Source: Raillietiella orientalis
Lineage: Eukaryota
DNA length: 64,000 bases
Direction of reading: 5' to 3'
Assembly: GCA_036172245.1 (NCBI GenBank)
Contig: JAYWIR010000029.1
Coordinates: 1,488,001-1,552,000, forward strand
A program made the translations under genes and the position numbers. Shown here one piece after another: positions 57,931 to 64,000 of this stretch. The notes under the pieces were generated by a model. It worked only from the letters and a program-made list of their open reading frames with translations, had not been told where the DNA came from and ran no database searches. Within the stretch, counting starts at the first letter, position 1; each line of letters opens with the position of its first letter.

Positions 57931-60900
57931 GCGCTTTTCCTCTATCAAGTCGAATGATGTATGGAAACAGCTTCTGAAAGTGTCAGCTGACTGCAAAATA
58001 GAGGGGTCTTCGGGAGGCAAGAAATGCGGTTTAATGATGTTTAAATGCTGACTTTGGACTAGGAGGCTTTGAAAAGTTTTGCTGAAACACGCATAACACT
58101 GTTGCTCGTTGATTCCAGAAGTCGAAGGAGAGCTTGAAGAGAAAAAGGAACGCCAATTTCTCTGTAGTCTCACTGCGAGAGCTGCTGTTGGAAATTGTGA
58201 TGCTTAAAAGACTACCAAAAATAAGGTGAAATAGCAAGCAAGTGTGGTGATTTTTAAGAATGGAGAAAATACGATGAGGTGATGCGAATGATGCGATGAA
58301 TCGAAGAACATGATGTTATCTGTCTTGCGAATCGAGCCGTGAGCAAGAAGCTAGGCTCTTGGCGCTGAAGTAGAACCTTCTCTACAATTCTAGCTGTTGT
58401 ATCCTATAGATTTCAGCATTTATTGAGAAGGTTCAGAATCTCCATTTGCAACCATATTGCAGTTGGATTAACAACCAAATTAAAGTAAAATAAAAAACAA
58501 TTTTATTAATTTTATCTGTATGCCTTGAGGCCCCCTTGTTTCGAGGATTTTTTTTCATTAGCTTATTGACTGAATGCAGAAGAATGTCTGGAAATTTTTT
58601 CAGTCTTAAACAAGACAGCTCTGTTTTCTCTTAAGACCTAACCGTACCCAAATCTCCAAGCTGTGGATTTCTCCAGTGCTCCTGTTTTGAGCTTCGAGTT
58701 TTGGCAGTTCTTTCATCTTTCATTTTGGTTTTGAGAATGAAAAACTTGGCCAATTTCACGGTCATCCACTGAGGATCAGTTTCTTCAAATACCGTGCGAT
58801 GATTTGCAGTATTTGGGCAATGATGGTTACGTAGAAATCGTCAAGTCGATTGAAATCGTCCGTTTCCACAAACTAGCAGCTGATGCTGAAACGTGTTAAA
58901 TACCACTGATACTTTCAAGATAAGATTGCAAAATCTAGAAAGGATGAAGTTCGTTTCGGAACTGTCAATTCTTTCAATACTGTTACAGATTTAGACAGAG
59001 ACAACTCAAGGAAGAAAGGTCTAGTCCGACAATCAAAAACAACTGATAAGTGCAACATGAAGATAACGGAAGACAGGTAACTGCATGGAAGTATATCAAA
59101 AAAGGCTTTCATTTCTTTACTACAGGAGTCAACAGTTATATGGCTTAAAATTCTATTAAATAAGGATGTCATGCTCCCCAAGTAACCAAACTCACATTGG
59201 TTGATTCACATTGGTTCGTGGTACATGCATTTGGTATATGCGTAGTTGAAAGAACTCACCGGAACGATTTTGCAGTCGAACTGCTAGTCATCTTTGTAAA
59301 TGGATAGAACCTCTAGATAAGGAATTACCGCTGTCATCGCCAAAAAAAGGATCAAATGCGTTCAGTTCGTAAAAAACAAACTTGTTAAGGAGTCAGTAGT
59401 CCACTATAATAAATGAAATTAGACTCTGGCAATAAAATGGGAATTTTATTTTCCGCATGGTATACAGTGGCGGAGATGAGCTCCCACGCTCAAACAGTAT
59501 GCCAATAACAAAAAGGCAAAATAACTCTTCAGAATAAAATATTTTATTAAGATAAAAAGTATTTTGTCAAAAAGCATCTCTTATGGCAACGCATTGAAAT
59601 TGAAAATGGAAAAAACAAAGCCTAGAAATCCTTAGTAAATTTATAGTGAAGTCTTTTTTTTTTTTTTTTCTGCCACTTCTCTTCATTTTTTGTTATTCTT
59701 GTTTTGGAAATCTTCCATATGCCGATGATGAGAGCATATTGTAATTTGTTTGAACATAATGTTTTGTCTAAATCATTTCCATGTGTAATCTCTTCGTCAC
59801 CAAATTAATTTCTCATCAGTGAAAACGCCTCAATTGCCTATTAGTATGGTAACAGATTTAAGTTCATGATGTGTTAGTATTTCTGTTTTTGTCTTGATTC
59901 ACAGTTTTTTATCCAATATCTGATTTCGATAATTAAATAACTTTTCGTAGCATTCATGTAATCAGTTGAGTGAATTTCATGGGTATTCAAACTATGTGCC
60001 TCTGCTTTTAGTAGCAACATAAGTGTGAAGCTCTTTTTTTAATCTAGATTTTGAAAACTGGGCTATAAGAATAGCGAGACTTACACCAGGCGTAACAGAT
60101 GTATTCTTTTTCTGAATTTATTTGTTTCTTAATGCTTGCTATTCTATGTATGATTAGCATTTCAGAGTTTTATAAAGGTTATCTTTTAATCTTTGGTTAA
60201 TTCTGCGTTTTAAATAACACTTTGCTGCAACGTTGAAATTCTTGTGATGTTTCTTGGAAAGATGAGATGGCTTCTTTTACAATCTTATGGTGCCTCGGAA
60301 AATATGGAAATCATTCTGAACCCCATTCTTTGTCTCGTGTTTGAGATCATCGGGCATGTCATTTTCTTTGCTTTTAGCGAACTGTCGCAAAAGTTTAATG
60401 CAGGCTGCTGGAATTCGTTTTTGAAGAGCGTGGGCTTTTATCGGTTGATAGTAGAAGTCGTTCAGTAGCCATGCATCAAAAAGCATTTAGTAGAATCACG
60501 TTAAAGTATCTGCGTTCTTTGATAAAACATCATGGAAGCCGACCGAATTAAAATAGTTTTGGTAGTACTGTAAAGTCTGCATGAACTTTGAAATCAGGTC
60601 TTCCGTCACAGGGGATGAGACCTGACTTGTGATTTTTCTACTTCGTGTAACGCAACTGACTTATTTATTATAGCATTTTCGATTCCGAGAAGTTCTTACG
60701 AACTTTATTCATGTCAAATGAACCCGGGAATCAAGGTTTTAAATCAAATTTAAATAGGAGTAACCTGATGGGAAAAGTAGAGTAAAACGATTTTTCTGAA
60801 AATTGAAACGTCTACCTGTTGAAAAAATCCTTGACAATCTGGAGTTCTGTTATCAGTATCAAGCCGTTGCCTACTGTATTCTTTTGGTCAATTAGAAACC

Positions 60901-62085
60901 AGGGATTGAAATCCAATTTAAAGATTTTATGAGAAAGCTGGAGAATGCTTTGGATTTTAGCCTAGAAGCTTCAGGCTAAGCCACAGGAGCCTACATCCAA
61001 TAAACAAAAACAAGAGATCTGAATATTGCAAATTTTTTAAACATCACAAGTTTAAATATGTGAACATTGCATTCATAATCCGAATAAACAGAGTTCCGCA
61101 TTGTTGAATGCATAATTAATGGTTGTTTTGTCAAAATTACAAAGCAGGTTTTCATCGAGATTGCCTGTATTTTGTATGTCCTCTGAGATCTGAGTGCCAA
61201 CTTCCACTTCATAGTATCAGAAACTACCCTCAATAGTTCCACATTCTGAAGGCTGCGATATCTATTCTCTTCCTAATTTATGCACTATGGTTCTCTTCAA
61301 TGGAGCACTTGAAAGGGAATACAGCTTTATGCAAGGGACCTTCCTTGCGCACTTTTGTTAGGTTTTTCACCCACTAAGTTGGGCCAAGGAGCTGCACTCT
61401 GTAATTCTTCCCAGTTCTATGGATTTGATCCTCAATCATAATGGTAGATCAGCATAAAGCTCTCTCATGGGATAAGTTGATTGCACAAGTCCATCTAAGG
61501 AACCTATCAAATTTTGTGTGATCATTCTGATGTAGAGTTATAGCTAGTCATCCCTATCTCTCTCGGATCTCTAGGCTTCTAACTGCACTAGTTATAGTAC
61601 CACATAAGATTGCAATACAACAAAAAAAAAAAATGCACGTGCTTTACTTTTATTTGCACATGCTTTAGATTATTAACAATTAATATTTATGCACAAGACA
61701 ATACAATTAAGATCTTGATCTTGAATGCCCAAAGATAGGAAAATTGAATAAAATACCAAAAGTAAAATTTTGCCCTCTCCCTTCCCCTGTCCAAAGTGAG
61801 TTGTTTACCAAGTCTTGGCAATAGAATGAAAAGGTTAATGTTTTTATGTTGTTTATACTACTAGAATACTGCAATCATTCAAGTTCCCCATCTTTTGACA
61901 GCCTTGGATCACTGAAGAAAAGTCAGAACAATGCAACTCGTGTGCAATTCTGCCATTTTATATCCCATGATAGTATAGGGTGCATGTACAAAAGTGCAAC
62001 ACAAAGCATAAAGCGTGAATCTGAAAATTGCAACTTTAACTGAATTTCACTGATTTATTTGCAAACTTAATCATTGCTAAAATGT

Positions 62086-63855
62086 TTAGTTTTGGATATC
62101 TTCACAAAGCAAATGACAAATCAAATCAATTGCATTCTGAACATCTCCATTAGTCATTTCCAGTGCCTGAAGATTCATTGCATCATTTAGGAAACCAAGT
62201 TCTCTCATTTGCTGAATTTGTCTTTGTTGCTCAGTATTCAAAGCATCCTAAAACAAACAGAAAACAAATGATGCTGGTACTTCACACCAGCATCATTTAC
62301 CTGAGGCATTGTGATGTTGGCAAGTTCAGGCAAGGAACTGTTCTGGGATAGTGATTGCTCCACAGCCAGACGGACCATATCAGAACTAATAGCAGTAGGT
62401 AATGTTTCTGGAGGTACTTCTGGGTTAAAAGTTTCAGAGGAGTTTTCAGAACCTACAGGAATTAACAGCTTGATATTAATGAAATTCCTTACCACTTGGC
62501 CAATGTTCTGTAAGGCCAGCTTCAACAGCAGCTAAGGCAGATGCCAGTTGCGACTGGGTGATCAATGGTGTTGTTTGTTGATCTGCACCATCCAGACGAT
62601 CATACAGAGGAGGCTGAAAGATAAGCAAAACAATGTAGGAACCATCATAAGGAACCCATTCTTAGTTCCATCACAGCACAGCTTCTATTAGAAACACTAC
62701 CCAAGGAATTTCAGAGAACAAATTGCTGTAGCAGAAAAATTAAAACACATGACTTAGTATTGCAGAAATGTTATGAGACTCAGCAATACAAAAACAAAAA
62801 ACACCACATACATTGATACCCAGTCAATATTAACAGTTCTTATGTAATTTAATCCAAGAAACAATACAAATTATATACATCTCTGCAACTTATCACATCA
62901 CTGGAAATAAAAAAAAAAAAAAAACAAATAAAGTTCAAACAATATTATTTTCTTATGATGAAAGTTTCAAGGAAAAAAATTAAAAAGCAAACTTATGAAT
63001 CTCAAAAGCATGTACTGACTACAATTATTAGTCACTTCCCTGCAAACTACAATAAATACATACAATGTATTGTATGTTTAATGAGGTGCAAACACAATAT
63101 ATGCTTCTCTGATATTTGCATGATATGAGGGAACTTACCAACAACATTTCAGTAGCATCAAGTGCTTCCTCATCCAACATAAATGATGTACCTTGCAGAT
63201 CAGGAAATTTTCTCTTAAGAGTTACTACAATATAATCACAAGCTTCTACAAGACTTGGATGCCTTTGACAAATTCTGCAATAAAAAGATACCATACTAAT
63301 AAAGAACATTCCCACTTCAGTACTATGGTTTGGCCGACTGATAAAGAATATCCCAGGACTTTGGTTTGATATTCATAAGATATCTTCACTTTCTGATCAT
63401 CAAAGCTGATTTCAGATTTTATCTGTATTATTAATAAATTAAGTTAAATTTTATAACACTGTAATAATCTCACTCTTTTCTCAGATGCATTAAGATGAAA
63501 AGCTATTTTAAGGCCAAAAAAGATTCTTACTGCATCACTGACTCAGAATTGCAAAAATGGTACAACAATTCTGGATCACCAACAAATCCCAGTGCTATTT
63601 CATCATTCAAAAGTCCAGGAGTTGCAACAACAATATTTCTCACTGTTTCAGGTGTAAGAAATTTTTTGAGAGCTTTCTTATATTTCACTTTTGAAAGAAG
63701 TGTTTTAAGAACCAATACTGGTGATATAGTGTCTGTTGATTCTTTGTTTGGGGGCACATTTGAGGTGTTTCTAAGAACATGTATAACGGTTTCTGTTGTT
63801 TCACATGCTTGAAAGTCATCCTCATCAGTTACAACCTTTCCACAAATTACCATAT
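62086..63855 (-). CDS. UBL7: Ubiquitin-like protein 7 (UBL-UBA protein), 3' five exons; the 5' end was not identified and probably lies beyond the window
   Basis: Complement join 63531-63855, 63139-63274, 62493-62613, 62301-62452, 62086-62247 (TAA), phases consistent. The motifs DMVICGK..TVIHVLR, IVVATPGLLNDEIALG, HPSLVEA and ITQSQLASALA, and the C-terminal UBA region QMRELGFLNDAMNLQALEMTNGDVQNAIDLI, match recalled UBL7. AATAAA at 62054-62059. Confidence 0.88.
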
Positions 63856-64000
63856 CTAAAACAATATTGCACATAAGTTTAACAGAATTACGAATAGACG
63901 GGGAAAAAAAATACTATTCAACAGTGCACCATTAGCATTTTCTGAATTACTGAGAATTGATTACAGTATACGAATTGTAAGTAATGATACTAGTAAAACT

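Overview
Eukaryotic, intron-containing DNA, most likely from an arthropod (inferred from the gene content; the species cannot be identified). Four spliced genes can be rebuilt by hand with consistent reading frames. (1) A complete three-RRM hnRNP M/MYEF2 (Drosophila rump-like) gene on the minus strand, 11538-14917. (2) A complete NSMCE1/Nse1 gene on the plus strand, 22247-27976. (3) A GC-rich gene encoding nine tandem Kazal domains on the plus strand, 46619-53149, whose first coding exon is not securely identified. (4) The 3' part of UBL7 on the minus strand, 62086 to beyond 63855. The strongest observations are two U12-type (minor spliceosome) GT-AG introns at equivalent positions in RRM2 and RRM3 of the MYEF2-like gene, a recurrent class of very short introns (40-53 nt), and a candidate poison exon. 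Also present are two copies of one non-LTR retrotransposon family (one with a perfect 16-bp TSD) sharing 3' stem-loops, an inverted pair of ~370-bp repeats flanking the Kazal gene, two long AT-rich hairpins, and a sharp AT-rich/CpG-poor versus GC-rich/CpG-rich mosaic. Most ORFs in the supplied track are spurious. I found no rRNA, tRNA or CRISPR array, and nothing I can confidently call a new biological system.
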